From: an uncultured Bacilli bacterium
Lineage (GTDB): Bacteria > Bacillota_I > Bacilli_A > RF39 > UBA660
Reading direction: 5' to 3'
Assembly: GCA_947624515.1 (NCBI GenBank)
Contig: CANQKN010000001.1
Span: 5,811 to 69,810, forward strand
Length of the DNA: 64,000 nt
A program made the translations under genes and the position numbers. The notes beneath the pieces are model-generated. The model did not search any database, was not told where the DNA came from, and saw only the letters and a list, made by a program, of their open reading frames with translations. Below are positions 18,057 through 28,656 of the stretch, piece by piece (position 1 is the stretch's first letter; the number at the start of each line of letters is the position of its first letter).

Positions 18057-19712
18057 TTATTGGTTTGGAAGAGTTATTTGCTGTCCTAATTTTACATTAC
18101 TATTATTTGGTAGTCTCCATGACAACATGTCTTCTACTTTTTCTTTTAGTTCTTCAGTGTAGTTAACTATAATCATTGAACCAGGCTCTGTTGCTACATA
18201 CATAAATCTCCAACTTGCACTCACATTTGGAGAAGTAATATTAAGAGTCATACTTAAATAGTTACTTCCACTAAATGTTCCGGACATATCTTTTAAAACA
18301 GGAAAATACAATTGATCTAGTTCTAATTTTCTTAAGTTAGTACAGCTACTAAACATATTACCCATAGTTGTAAGACTAGAAGTATCCCATCCATTTAAAT
18401 CTAAGGTTTCTAAACTAGTGCAATATTGAAACATAGCATTGGTGTTAGCCAAAGAGTTAGTATTCCAATCACGGATATTTAAATTCTGAAGATTGCTGCA
18501 GTAAGCAAACATTTGTGTCATATCGGTAACAGAAGAAGGTACCCAATTATTTAAATCAAATATTTTTAAGCTGCTACAACTAATAAACATTTGACTCATA
18601 GTAGTTACGCTCGATACATCCCAATTACTTATTTTTAAATCTGTTAAATTAGTACATCCACTAAACATTGCAGTCATATTGGTTACTTGAGACGTATCCC
18701 AACTATTTAAATCTAAGGTTGTTAAGCTTTTGCAGCCAGCAAACATTCCAGACATATTAGTTACCTGTGAAATATCAAAATTTTCAAGTCCTTCAATTGA
18801 AGTTAAATTTGAAAAGCCATTAAATAATGATGTACTATTAGTATTTGCTACTACTTTACCATTTGTTTGTATATATAATGTTGTATTAGCAGAATCGTAA
18901 TATGCCATAACACCACCTTGTTGTGTTTCTGATACATCCCAATGTTCCATTTCTTCTTTTGGATTTAATTCATTTTCGAATACAATTTTGGTAATATCCT
19001 GTTTATATTGCCAAAATTCTCCAGTTCCTTTTGTTTTTAGTACATTATTAGGATTAATTTCTTTTGATCCTGTTTCTTCTGTTATGATTTCAGCATTGGC
19101 ATAGACATTAACTGTTACTTTAAATGTTTGATTATTCATATCTCCATCTGAAAAATCTGTTTGATCATCAATCCACATTCTTAACCTGTAATTTTGTTCA
19201 TATTGGGTAGAATTGGCTGGTACTTCATCCGTATGTATTGTTTTTTCGGTATATTTTGTTTCGTCTATTTTCTTTGTTTGTTTTAATTCACTATATTTCT
19301 TTAAGATAACTTTTGTTTCATTATTTCCGCCTTGATCTACTTTCGTTAAATATAGTTTTACTGCACTATCATCTTTTAAAGTAGAATCTTTACTTTTCCT
19401 AACTGTAATTTCATAAGGAATACTATTACTATTAGAAGTCGTAGAAGTAATCTTAAAGTTAAAAACTTTATCTTCTCCTGTTTGATCCATTCCTTTTGCA
19501 TCACTCATTGGAAAAGCATCAGTAATACTAATTCCTTTTCCCACTTTATCTACTTCGGTATACAAGAAAGTAATACTTCCTGTCGTAATTGTATTATCTG
19601 TTGTACCTTGCTTATTATAATTAAAGAAAGTAAAAGTAATTCCTGTTGTGATAAAGATAATACTAAATATTCCTATAATACTTAATGTTAATTCTCTATT
19701 TTTCATATCCAT
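18057..19712 (-). CDS. Cell-surface protein with tandem DUF285 / BspA-type leucine-rich repeats and an N-terminal membrane anchor
   Basis: N-terminal TM (LTLSIIGIFSIIFITTGITF). More than five tandem ~26-aa repeats of the pattern F-x-x-C-x-x-L-x-x-L-D/N-L-x-x-W-D-T-S-x-V-T-x-M-x-x-M-F. Confidence 0.65.
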   Translation of the reverse strand: MDMKNRELTLSIIGIFSIIFITTGITFTFFNYNKQGTTDNTITTGSITFLYTEVDKVGKGISITDAFPMSDAKGMDQTGEDKVFNFKITSTTSNSNSIPYEITVRKSKDSTLKDDSAVKLYLTKVDQGGNNETKVILKKYSELKQTKKIDETKYTEKTIHTDEVPANSTQYEQNYRLRMWIDDQTDFSDGDMNNQTFKVTVNVYANAEIITEETGSKEINPNNVLKTKGTGEFWQYKQDITKIVFENELNPKEEMEHWDVSETQQGGVMAYYDSANTTLYIQTNGKVVANTNSTSLFNGFSNLTSIEGLENFDISQVTNMSGMFAGCKSLTTLDLNSWDTSQVTNMTAMFSGCTNLTDLKISNWDVSSVTTMSQMFISCSSLKIFDLNNWVPSSVTDMTQMFAYCSNLQNLNIRDWNTNSLANTNAMFQYCTSLETLDLNGWDTSSLTTMGNMFSSCTNLRKLELDQLYFPVLKDMSGTFSGSNYLSMTLNITSPNVSASWRFMYVATEPGSMIIVNYTEELKEKVEDMLSWRLPNNSNVKLGQQITLPNQ

Positions 19713-19806
19713 ACCTCTCTATTTTACAAATTTATTTTATCTCGGTATCATTTATTCTGTCAATGAAAAAAACAAGCTGTTTACGTTAAGTAAATAAAAA
19801 ATTACT

Positions 19807-20556
19807 TTATATAAATAAAGTAATTATTAATAGCATAATACCTAATAATATCCCTATAGCCGTTATTTTTTTCTCTTTGGTATAAATAATTTTTGGTAGT
19901 AGTTCCATTAGTAAGATGTAAATTAACATACCAATTGTCAGTACGATTGAAACACTTTCTAATAATTTGATAACATTTGATAAATGAAATAAATATATAA
20001 AAAATCCACCAATAAAAGTAGAAAGGGAAATTCCTAATATAATAAATAAAGTCTTTCTTTTGTTATTATTAGCTTTATAGAAAGTTGAGGTAATTACCAT
20101 TCCTAAAGGAATATTATGTAGTCCTACTCCTATACAAGCTAATAATCCAGCTTTGATATCAGAAGTTACTAATAAATAGATGGCCATACCTTCTACAATA
20201 TTATGAATGACTAAAGCGATACTAGAAACTAAGCCAATATGCTTTAAATTTTTATCATCATCTAAAGTTGTATTATGATTATCTTCGTGATCAGGTACGA
20301 AATAATCTAGTATTTTTAAAAATAAAAATCCACTTCCTGCTCCTAAAAATATATACAAGAAATTATAAATGTAATTGCCACTATCTATTGTTTCATATGC
20401 TTCTGGTAATAAATCTATGGTGATTAACATTAAGATTACTCCAAATGCTAAACTGATTGAAAATTGAATGAATTTGTCATTATTTTTCATTAAAAAAACA
20501 ATTCCTGCTCCCAATAAAATAAAGAAACCTAAAGCTAATGTTACTAATAGTCCCAT
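19807..20556 (-). CDS. ZIP-family divalent metal (zinc) transporter, ZupT-like
   Basis: 8 TM helices. ZIP signature HNIVEGMAIY and GLHNIPLGM. Start taken at MGLLVTLALG with an AGGTGAG ribosome binding site; the track start is 21 codons further upstream. Confidence 0.7.
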   Translation of the reverse strand: MGLLVTLALGFFILLGAGIVFLMKNNDKFIQFSISLAFGVILMLITIDLLPEAYETIDSGNYIYNFLYIFLGAGSGFLFLKILDYFVPDHEDNHNTTLDDDKNLKHIGLVSSIALVIHNIVEGMAIYLLVTSDIKAGLLACIGVGLHNIPLGMVITSTFYKANNNKRKTLFIILGISLSTFIGGFFIYLFHLSNVIKLLESVSIVLTIGMLIYILLMELLPKIIYTKEKKITAIGILLGIMLLIITLFI

Positions 20557-20564
20557 AATCTCAC

Positions 20565-21380
20565 CTATCTTACTATAGTATAAATAATTACAATTACTCC
20601 TAATACAATACGATACCACATAAATAATTTAAAGTCATGTTTTTTAATATAACGTAATAAAAACTCAATACACCAAAGTCCTGCTAAAAAGGCTACTCCT
20701 ACTCCAACTAAAAAAATACTTAAATGACTTGTGATTGCTGCAATGGTTGTAGAGTCTAAAATAGAAAGAACTACAGCTCCTAATACAACAGGTGCTGATA
20801 GATAAAAGGAAAATTTAGCAGCATCTTCACGATTTAATTTTAATCCTCTAGCGGCTGCAATAGTAGTTCCACTTCTAGAGAAACCAGGAATTAAAGCAAA
20901 AACTTGACTACAACCAATTAAAATTGCTTCTTTAAAAGTCATTTTTGAAAAATCTTTTTCTTGTTTTGATTTTTTATCAACTAAATAAATAATAATTCCC
21001 ATAACGATTAAAGCCAATCCAATTAAAATATAATTAGTACGAATGGCGTCTTCGATAACATCTTCAAACAATACCCCTACAATGGCAGCAGGAATCGTTG
21101 CTACTACAATATACCAAAATAGTCTACCTTCTTTCGTTTTAGTTCCTTTTGATAATCCAGAAAGTACCATATTCCAAAAATCTTTGAAAAAGTAAATAGC
21201 AATTGCTAGTAAAGTTCCAAAATGCAGAGCAATATCAAATGCTAAGGCTAAATCTCCGCTAACGCTACTAGCTCCAATTCCAAATAAATCACGAAAAATG
21301 ATTAAATGTGCACTAGAAGAGATTGGTAAAAATTCTGCAATCCCTTGTATAATAGCTAAAATAATAACTCCAATATCCAT
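20565..21380 (-). CDS. uppP: Undecaprenyl-diphosphate phosphatase (BacA/UppP)
   Basis: 271 aa polytopic membrane protein with conserved motifs (AEFLPISSSAHLI, PGFSRSGTTIAAA). Confidence 0.85.
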   Translation of the reverse strand: MDIGVIILAIIQGIAEFLPISSSAHLIIFRDLFGIGASSVSGDLALAFDIALHFGTLLAIAIYFFKDFWNMVLSGLSKGTKTKEGRLFWYIVVATIPAAIVGVLFEDVIEDAIRTNYILIGLALIVMGIIIYLVDKKSKQEKDFSKMTFKEAILIGCSQVFALIPGFSRSGTTIAAARGLKLNREDAAKFSFYLSAPVVLGAVVLSILDSTTIAAITSHLSIFLVGVGVAFLAGLWCIEFLLRYIKKHDFKLFMWYRIVLGVIVIIYTIVR

Positions 21381-21381
21381 A

Positions 21382-22248
21382 TTACTTTTCTCCTAACTTA
21401 TATCCAATTCCAATTCCAAGTGTTAAAAAAATAAGCCCAATTATTATTTGTGATGGCGTAAATGAAATTACTCCTAGATCATGATATACAGAAACAGGAA
21501 TTGCGATAATACTTGCTATAATGAAACCTAATACTCCAAAATAAGTTTTTTTCTCATATTTATTTAATAACCATTCAATTAGTTTTGCTACTAATACAAT
21601 TCCTACTACGATTCCCATTCCAAAGAAGAATACAATTAATAAATTAGAAAATACATATTCAAAATGTGTTAATTGTTTAATGACATTGATAATAGGAAAA
21701 TAATATCCTAATAACATCAATACTAGAGATCCACTTACACCAGGAATTATCATTGTTGCAGCAGCAATCATTCCAATTACAGATAACCATAAATATCCCA
21801 AAATACTTAAATTTTCTAATTTAACATCTCCTAAACCATTACCAAATAATTCTTTTGAAAAAGCAAGTATTATTACTAAAGCAAATGTTAAAAGCAAAAT
21901 GAGATAACTGGATTTCTGTTTTTTCTCTTTAGAATCCTTTACTTTTGATAATAACATAGGAATTCCTCCTATTACTAATCCCATAAAAAATAGTGTAGTT
22001 GGGATTGGATAGTGATGAAAACTATTTGTAATTACATTACTCATTGTAAGGATTGATAATCCCATTCCAATAAATATGGGAAGTAAAAATTTGATGTTTT
22101 CTTTTAAATTGGTTAATAAGTGACTGATAGCACTAATAAATTTTTCATAGATTCCTAATGTCAAAGCAAGTGTTCCCCCACTTACACCGGGAATAATATT
22201 AGCTATTCCCATAATAAATCCTTTGATCACTAAAATTAAATTTTTCAT
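21382..22248 (-). CDS. DUF368 family membrane protein (PopT-type putative undecaprenyl-phosphate translocase family)
   Basis: Two repeated IPGVSGG(T/S)L motifs (GIANIIPGVSGGTLAL and IIPGVSGSLVLML) in a polytopic membrane protein. Start is 1 nt from the uppP start (translational coupling). Confidence 0.7.
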   Translation of the reverse strand: MKNLILVIKGFIMGIANIIPGVSGGTLALTLGIYEKFISAISHLLTNLKENIKFLLPIFIGMGLSILTMSNVITNSFHHYPIPTTLFFMGLVIGGIPMLLSKVKDSKEKKQKSSYLILLLTFALVIILAFSKELFGNGLGDVKLENLSILGYLWLSVIGMIAAATMIIPGVSGSLVLMLLGYYFPIINVIKQLTHFEYVFSNLLIVFFFGMGIVVGIVLVAKLIEWLLNKYEKKTYFGVLGFIIASIIAIPVSVYHDLGVISFTPSQIIIGLIFLTLGIGIGYKLGEK

Positions 22249-22290
22249 AAACTTCTCCTTTTTGTTGTATATATGAATTTATTTTAAAAA

Positions 22291-23907
22291 TTAACGAATC
22301 ACTTCCATGATAGCTGGTACAATTTGTTTTTTTCTGGATACTACCCCATCAATATATTGTCCTTGCATTATTTCTGAAATGTTAAAAGCATCTTCCATAA
22401 TCTCTTTGGCATTTTCGGTAAATAATAAATGGCTACCATTACGAATAATATCTGTAATTACTATTAGTACTAACCGAAAACCACGATTTTCAGCTAGACT
22501 ATTGATATAATCGATGTATTCTTCTTTATTTTGAAAAATAGAATCAATATCTAAAGTAAATACTTGACTAATAGCAAAAGTTAAATCATCGATTGTAAAG
22601 GTTTTTATATCTGTATTAATAATTTCTTCTATAGTTTTTCCTTTTAAGGAAGTACCTGCTTTAAACATATCTAAAGCATGTCGATGATAATCAATTTCTG
22701 CAATCTTTGCTAATTCTTTTACTGCCATTTTATCAAAATCAGTTGCAGTTGGACTGGTTAAAGCAAGGGTATCTGATAGAATTCCAGATAACATTAGACC
22801 TGCTATATCTTTTGGAATATCTATTTTATTTTCTTGATACATCTGATAAATAATGGTATTCGTACTTCCTACTGACATATTTCTAAAATTAATAGGATTT
22901 TTTGTAGAAATATTACCAATTTTATGGTGATCTACAATTTCGATAATCTCGGCTTCTTCTAATCCTTCAGCACTTTGTTCTAATTCATTATGATCTACTA
23001 AAATGACTTTCTTACAATTTTTATCAGTGATTTCGGTAATACGTATTAATCCTTTACAGATTCCATTTCTACCGATAATTGGATAGTTATTATGCTTTAA
23101 TTTACTTGTTTTAATGATAAAATCATCATAATAGGTAGCTTCATCAAAAGTATATGGGCGATCTTTAGGAATTATGTTTTTTAGATAATTTGAAAGACCA
23201 ATTACTTTTGTTGTGTGAAAGGTATCAAAGTGAGTTCTAATTATATTTACATGGTTTTGTTTAGCAATTTCTAAATGTTCTTCTTTGATTTCACCAGAAC
23301 CAACAATAATTAATAATTTTACTTTTGAAAGAACTGCATATTCGATAACACTATGACGATCACCAACAATTAAAATGTGATTTGGTTTTAAATTAATGGT
23401 ATTTAGAATAGTAGTACTACGGTAGGCAGCAGCTAGTATTTCTCCTTCAATTTCCTCATCAAATTTTAGAATTTCTTCTCCCTCTAATGTAGATAATATG
23501 TTACTGTATGAGGTATTTAAACTATTAAAATCTCCATTGATTAAATCTTTTGTGATGGTTTTTATGGTAATTAATCCTACGAATTTTTTATTATCATCTA
23601 CTACTGGAACACCGGTAATTTTTTTTTCATTCATATATTGGTAAGCTTGTTCAATAGAAATTTTTTGATTTACATAATAATCTTTATGATAATCTAAATC
23701 TTTTAATTGTAGTTTTACATCATCAATTAATACAGGATTATTTACATGAAAAGTTTTTAATACATATTTTGTTTCATCATTCATTTCTCCTAATCTTGCT
23801 GGAATGGTATGCATTCCTAATTGATCTTTTAAATAAGATAATGCGATCGCACTGGTAATTGAATCAGTATCTGGCTTTTGATGACCAAAAATATAAACTT
23901 TTTCCAT
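22291..23907 (-). CDS. CBS-domain-containing family II (DHH/DHHA2) inorganic pyrophosphatase
   Basis: N-terminal DHH motif (FGHQKPDTDSITSA), an inserted CBS pair (GVPVVDDNKKFVGLITIKTI), and a C-terminal DHHA2 region. 538 aa. Confidence 0.75.
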   Translation of the reverse strand: MEKVYIFGHQKPDTDSITSAIALSYLKDQLGMHTIPARLGEMNDETKYVLKTFHVNNPVLIDDVKLQLKDLDYHKDYYVNQKISIEQAYQYMNEKKITGVPVVDDNKKFVGLITIKTITKDLINGDFNSLNTSYSNILSTLEGEEILKFDEEIEGEILAAAYRSTTILNTINLKPNHILIVGDRHSVIEYAVLSKVKLLIIVGSGEIKEEHLEIAKQNHVNIIRTHFDTFHTTKVIGLSNYLKNIIPKDRPYTFDEATYYDDFIIKTSKLKHNNYPIIGRNGICKGLIRITEITDKNCKKVILVDHNELEQSAEGLEEAEIIEIVDHHKIGNISTKNPINFRNMSVGSTNTIIYQMYQENKIDIPKDIAGLMLSGILSDTLALTSPTATDFDKMAVKELAKIAEIDYHRHALDMFKAGTSLKGKTIEEIINTDIKTFTIDDLTFAISQVFTLDIDSIFQNKEEYIDYINSLAENRGFRLVLIVITDIIRNGSHLLFTENAKEIMEDAFNISEIMQGQYIDGVVSRKKQIVPAIMEVIR

Positions 23908-24005
23908 CGATATCCCTCTTTTTTCTTTTATGATTATGCTACTATAAAATTATACAATATCTTACAAAAATTAACAATTCCTAAAATATATTTTTTCAAA
24001 TAAAA

Positions 24006-24034
24006 GACTAATATATTTAATTTATATATTAGTC
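24006..24034 (-). terminator. Rho-independent terminator after pheT
   Basis: 11-bp stem gactaatatat/atatattagtc followed by a T-tract on the minus strand. Confidence 0.5.
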
Positions 24035-24043
24035 AGATAGCTA

Positions 24044-26404
24044 TTACTTATCTCGTATTCTAGCATTTAATTTATTTTCTACAGTAGCAATGATGCGATT
24101 AAAAATTTCCATAACTTCTTCTTCATTTAGCGTTCTAGTTGCATCTTCAAAAACTAATGAGAAAGCTATACTACGTTCATTTTTTTCTATTTTATCTCCT
24201 TCATAAACATCAAAAATAGAAATATTTTTAAGAAGTTTACCGCCTTCTTTTTTGATCCATTTGATAAGTTCACTAGCTGGTGTTTTTTGATCTACTACAA
24301 AGGCTACATCTTTTATAATTCCAGGGAATTTAGAAATTTCTTTATACTGCATTGCCTTAGTACGGAAACTAAATAATTTTTCTAAATCCATTTCTAATAC
24401 ATAGGCATCATCTTTCATCACACTAGGATGGATTTTACCAAGAATTCCAATCTTTGTATCATTTAATATAATGGAAGCACTCTGGCCAGGATGAAGCTCA
24501 CTAGGAAGATCTTGTACCTGTAAACTATAACGATTTTGATATCCTAAATAGTCTAATAATTCTTCTAAGATTCCTTTTATTATATAAAAGTCTACTTTTT
24601 TAGGATGTAATCCTAAAGTATAAGTCCCAGTCATCAAAATAGCTAAATGGTTTGCTTCTTGATAACAATCATCTACTTTACCAAAACTTTTACCAATTTC
24701 ATAAATACAAATATCTTTATTACCACGAGCTTTATTATATTCATAAATACTAATTAATGATGGAAGTAAACTATGACGAAGTGTATTTCTATCTTCACTC
24801 ATAGGATCTAACACTTTAATCATTTCGAATTGATCTGTTGTATATTTTTTTACTTCTGTTTCAGGAATTAAGGCATAACTTAATGTTTCATTTAAACCAA
24901 GCATTGCTAGTTTGTTACGAATCTGACGGTTATTTTTATTAACTTTACCTGGTACTACTGGTAAAATCATTTGTTTTCCTTCAATGTGATCAATACCATA
25001 GATTCTACCTACTTCTTCTATTAAGTCTTCAGCAATAGAAATATCTGTTCTTCTAGTAGGTACTGTTACTATTATTTGCTCCTTTTCTATAACAGAAAAA
25101 CCTAAACGTTTAAAAATATCGATTACTGTTTCTTTATCTAAAGTAATTCCTAATACTTGATTAATTTTTTCTAATGTAATTTTGATTTCTTTTTCTGAAG
25201 TATCTATCTGATTGTATTCTACCATACCACCAACAATAGTAGCATCTGCATATTTTTCTAATAAGTGACAACTTCTTTCTATAGCCATGTAAGTTCTCTT
25301 AGGATCTAATCCTTTTTCAAAACGAGTGCTTGCTTCACTCCTTAAAATTTTCTTTGAGGTTTTACGAATTAAGGTTGGATGGAAAATAGCTGCTTCAATA
25401 ATAATATCTTTTGTGTCTTCCTCGATTTCTGTTGTAAGTCCTCCCATAACTCCAGCAAGTCCTACTGCTTCTTTTTCTGTTGCAATCACAATATCTTGAT
25501 CAGATAATAAACGCTCTTGTCCATCTAGAGTAGTTAATTTTTCATGATCTTTTGCCATTCTCACAATAATCTGATTACCTAGACGATTGCTATCATAATA
25601 ATGAAGTGGTTGACCTGTTTCTAGCATTACATAATTACTAATATCAACGACATTATTAATTGGTCGAATACCAGATGCTATTAAACGATTCTTGATAAAA
25701 TCAGGACTTTCCTTAATTACTACATTTTTTACTTTTTTAGCTAAAAATAGTGGGCAATTTTCGGTTTGAATTTCTAAAGAAAATTGAGTATTGATATCTT
25801 CTTGATTTTCTTGAAAACTTAAATCGATCTCTTTTACTTTTTTATTATATAAAGCACCAATTTCATATGCCATTCCTAAAATACTTAATAAATCACCACG
25901 GTTAGAAGTAAGTTCAAAATCAATTACTTCATCATCTAATTTTAAATAAGAAATAGGATCTTCACCAATAGGAGCATCTTGAGAAAGTTCATGAATTCCT
26001 GTAAAATCTTCTTCTTTTAAAAATTTATGTTCTAAGCCAAGTTCAGACATTGCACATAACATTCCATTAGATTCTTGCCCACGAATCATACCTTTTTTAA
26101 TTGTTCCATCAGGAAGTTCTGCTCCTACTAAAGCAACAATTACCTTTAATCCTTTTCTAACATTAGGTGCTCCACAAACAATCTGTAAAGTTTCTTTTCC
26201 AACATTAACTTTACATACATGTAAATGATCACTATCAGGATGAGGAATGCATTCTAATACTTCACCAATTACTAAATTGGTAGCTGGAATTAATTTGCTA
26301 CAAGAATCATATTCATTTCCGATACTAGTCATATCTTCAGCTAATTGTTTGGTATCTACATCAAGATCGATATAGTCACTTAAAAATTTTCTACTTAATT
26401 TCAT
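24044..26404 (-). CDS. pheT: Phenylalanine--tRNA ligase beta subunit
   Basis: ~790 aa with tRNA-binding, B3/B4, B5 and FDX-ACB domains. The N-terminus overlaps the pheS 3' end. Confidence 0.9.
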   Translation of the reverse strand: MKLSRKFLSDYIDLDVDTKQLAEDMTSIGNEYDSCSKLIPATNLVIGEVLECIPHPDSDHLHVCKVNVGKETLQIVCGAPNVRKGLKVIVALVGAELPDGTIKKGMIRGQESNGMLCAMSELGLEHKFLKEEDFTGIHELSQDAPIGEDPISYLKLDDEVIDFELTSNRGDLLSILGMAYEIGALYNKKVKEIDLSFQENQEDINTQFSLEIQTENCPLFLAKKVKNVVIKESPDFIKNRLIASGIRPINNVVDISNYVMLETGQPLHYYDSNRLGNQIIVRMAKDHEKLTTLDGQERLLSDQDIVIATEKEAVGLAGVMGGLTTEIEEDTKDIIIEAAIFHPTLIRKTSKKILRSEASTRFEKGLDPKRTYMAIERSCHLLEKYADATIVGGMVEYNQIDTSEKEIKITLEKINQVLGITLDKETVIDIFKRLGFSVIEKEQIIVTVPTRRTDISIAEDLIEEVGRIYGIDHIEGKQMILPVVPGKVNKNNRQIRNKLAMLGLNETLSYALIPETEVKKYTTDQFEMIKVLDPMSEDRNTLRHSLLPSLISIYEYNKARGNKDICIYEIGKSFGKVDDCYQEANHLAILMTGTYTLGLHPKKVDFYIIKGILEELLDYLGYQNRYSLQVQDLPSELHPGQSASIILNDTKIGILGKIHPSVMKDDAYVLEMDLEKLFSFRTKAMQYKEISKFPGIIKDVAFVVDQKTPASELIKWIKKEGGKLLKNISIFDVYEGDKIEKNERSIAFSLVFEDATRTLNEEEVMEIFNRIIATVENKLNARIRDK

Positions 26405-27443
26405 TTTCTTCATCCTTTCTATCAAATTGTTCTAAGAAGCGAATATCATTGGTGTATAAATAACGAATATCAGGAATCGCATAACGAAACATTGCAAAAC
26501 GATCAAGTCCAGTACCAAAAGCAAATCCTGTCCAAACTTCTGGATCGTATCCACCCATTCTAAGTACATTAGGATGAACCATACCAGCTCCTAGTACTTC
26601 TATCCAACCGGTTTGTTTACATAAAGAACAACCTTTACCACCACATTTGAAACAACTAACATCGACTTCTACACTAGGTTCGGTAAAAGGAAAGAAACTA
26701 GGACGAAAACGAACTTTGGTATTTTCTCCCAACATTTTTTTAGCAAATAATTCTAGGGTTCCTTTTAAATCAGCTAAACTTACGTTTTTATCAATTACTA
26801 ATCCTTCTACTTGACCAAATTGATGTGAATGTGTAGCATCATCATCACGACGGTATACTTTACCTGGACAAATCATACGAATTGGTGTTTTTTCTTGATT
26901 TTTTTGCATCGTTCTTGCTTGTACACTAGAAGTTTGTGTTCTAAGTAAATAATCAGAGTCAATATAGAAAGTATCTTGAGCATCTCTTGCTGGATGTCCA
27001 AGTGGTACATTTAATCTTTGAAAGCAATTCTCATCCGTTTCTACTTCTGGTCCATCTACAACATCGTATCCCATAGATACAAAGAAATCCTCTACATCTT
27101 CAATAATACGATTGAATGGATGACGGGAACCTTTTTTGATTTTATCACTAGGTAAACTAATATCAATGGTATCTTTTTCCAATTTCTTATTTAATTCTTC
27201 TAACTCTAATTCTTTTTCGATAGTAGAAAGTTTTTCCGTAACATATGTTCTAATTTCATTAGAAAGTTTTCCAACTTCTTTTCTTTCTTCTATCGATAAT
27301 TCTTTCATGTTACTCGTTAATTCAGTAACAAGTCCTTTTTTCCCGAAATATTTTACTTTTAAATCAGCTACTTCTTTTAAAGATTTTGTATTTATGATAT
27401 CTTGATCTAATTCTTCTTGAATCTTTTTCATTTGTTCTTTCAT
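26391..27443 (-). CDS. pheS: Phenylalanine--tRNA ligase alpha subunit
   Basis: Class II aaRS motifs (FRPSFFPFTEPS, GAGMVHP...GFAFGTGLDR). Confidence 0.9.
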   Translation of the reverse strand: MKEQMKKIQEELDQDIINTKSLKEVADLKVKYFGKKGLVTELTSNMKELSIEERKEVGKLSNEIRTYVTEKLSTIEKELELEELNKKLEKDTIDISLPSDKIKKGSRHPFNRIIEDVEDFFVSMGYDVVDGPEVETDENCFQRLNVPLGHPARDAQDTFYIDSDYLLRTQTSSVQARTMQKNQEKTPIRMICPGKVYRRDDDATHSHQFGQVEGLVIDKNVSLADLKGTLELFAKKMLGENTKVRFRPSFFPFTEPSVEVDVSCFKCGGKGCSLCKQTGWIEVLGAGMVHPNVLRMGGYDPEVWTGFAFGTGLDRFAMFRYAIPDIRYLYTNDIRFLEQFDRKDEENEIK

Positions 27444-27461
27444 AATATCCTCCTTTTATTT

Positions 27462-27720
27462 TTCTGGAAAAGAAAAACGACTACTTGCCATAAGGGCGAA
27501 ATAGTCGCGGTACCACCTTAATTATAGATTTCTCTATATCTTATCCTTCGTAACGAGAAGTATTCGTCCATAGAAACTCCTAAGGTGAATTCATAAGACT
27601 TTATCACTTGTTTTCACCGACCACAAGCTCTCTACTAATAAAATTTCTTATTACTATTTCTTAATCACAGTCTTTTGCTTATCGACATAAATTATATAAT
27701 AAATTTTTCATTTATACAAG
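27462..27720 (-). promoter_or_regulatory. T-box riboswitch leader (Phe specifier UUC) with promoter and intrinsic terminator upstream of pheS
   Basis: Minus strand reads TTGTAT-N17-TATAAT, then AGAGA/AGTA elements, specifier-loop GAAUACUUCUCG, the T-box AAUUAAGGUGGUACCGCG, and terminator CGACUA...UAGUCG plus a U-tract. Confidence 0.8.
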
Positions 27721-27737
27721 TTTTCTTTATAAATTCC

Positions 27738-28619
27738 TTATAAATATTTTACATGATTTACAATTTTCAAGTTAGGTATCTGTTTCACAAGTGTTTTTTC
27801 TAGATTTGTTTTTTCATGATCAAAGTCCAAAAAATTATTTGGATAATCATCTTCTATAAAACTATCGTTTGTTAGACCATAATCATCTAAGAATGCATGA
27901 TAAATTTGATTTGTAATCTCAATTTCTCTTTTTTCATCATCCGTTAATTCTTTTTTACTATCTAGTATTGTGAATTTTTCTTCATATTTTTCTATTTCGC
28001 ATGCATGTTCATATGCCCATTGAGGAGCTGGTCCTCCAAAACGGCTAGGTATATTATAATATGGATTATGTTGATCATATAAACCTTCTAACTTACTCAT
28101 TACCATTTCCAATTCTTTTTCTCTTAATTCTTGATTTTCTAATGTTTGATAGAAAGAAATGGTTCCGATATTCATCGTTTTATATCCGGTTGGAATCGTA
28201 TGATTCAATTTCATTTGATTGCGATAATCAAATTCAAATATTTTAACACGATGACTATTTAATTGTATGTAGGCCCTGAAACAGTTTTCTTTTCTATCTT
28301 GCTCCTTTAACTTAAAATTCATTTCATGTTCCATAAAGAAATGATTGGCTCTCCAAAAAATATTATAGATTGCTACTTTTTTATAGATTTCTAATTCTGA
28401 TAGTACTTCTCTATCTTGTTTACTAATATATTTTTCTTGAACCACAGAAAATTCCTGTTCTATTAAAGAAGTTAAGTATTCTATCATTGGTTTTGCAAGA
28501 ATTCCCTGATATTTTTTTAATAATTCATATAATTCTTCTTTTGTATTTAACATTATCATATCTTGATTACCGATTATTGAACTGAACCCTCTTATATCTA
28601 TTGCACTTGTTCTAACCAT
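27738..28619 (-). CDS. Hypothetical protein (293 aa) downstream of holA
   Basis: ORF with no recognisable motifs. A 37-nt gap after holA suggests it is in the same operon. Confidence 0.4.
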   Translation of the reverse strand: MVRTSAIDIRGFSSIIGNQDMIMLNTKEELYELLKKYQGILAKPMIEYLTSLIEQEFSVVQEKYISKQDREVLSELEIYKKVAIYNIFWRANHFFMEHEMNFKLKEQDRKENCFRAYIQLNSHRVKIFEFDYRNQMKLNHTIPTGYKTMNIGTISFYQTLENQELREKELEMVMSKLEGLYDQHNPYYNIPSRFGGPAPQWAYEHACEIEKYEEKFTILDSKKELTDDEKREIEITNQIYHAFLDDYGLTNDSFIEDDYPNNFLDFDHEKTNLEKTLVKQIPNLKIVNHVKYL

Positions 28620-28656
28620 GCTAAAACCTCCCTTTCGCTAATTATACCATTTTTTC

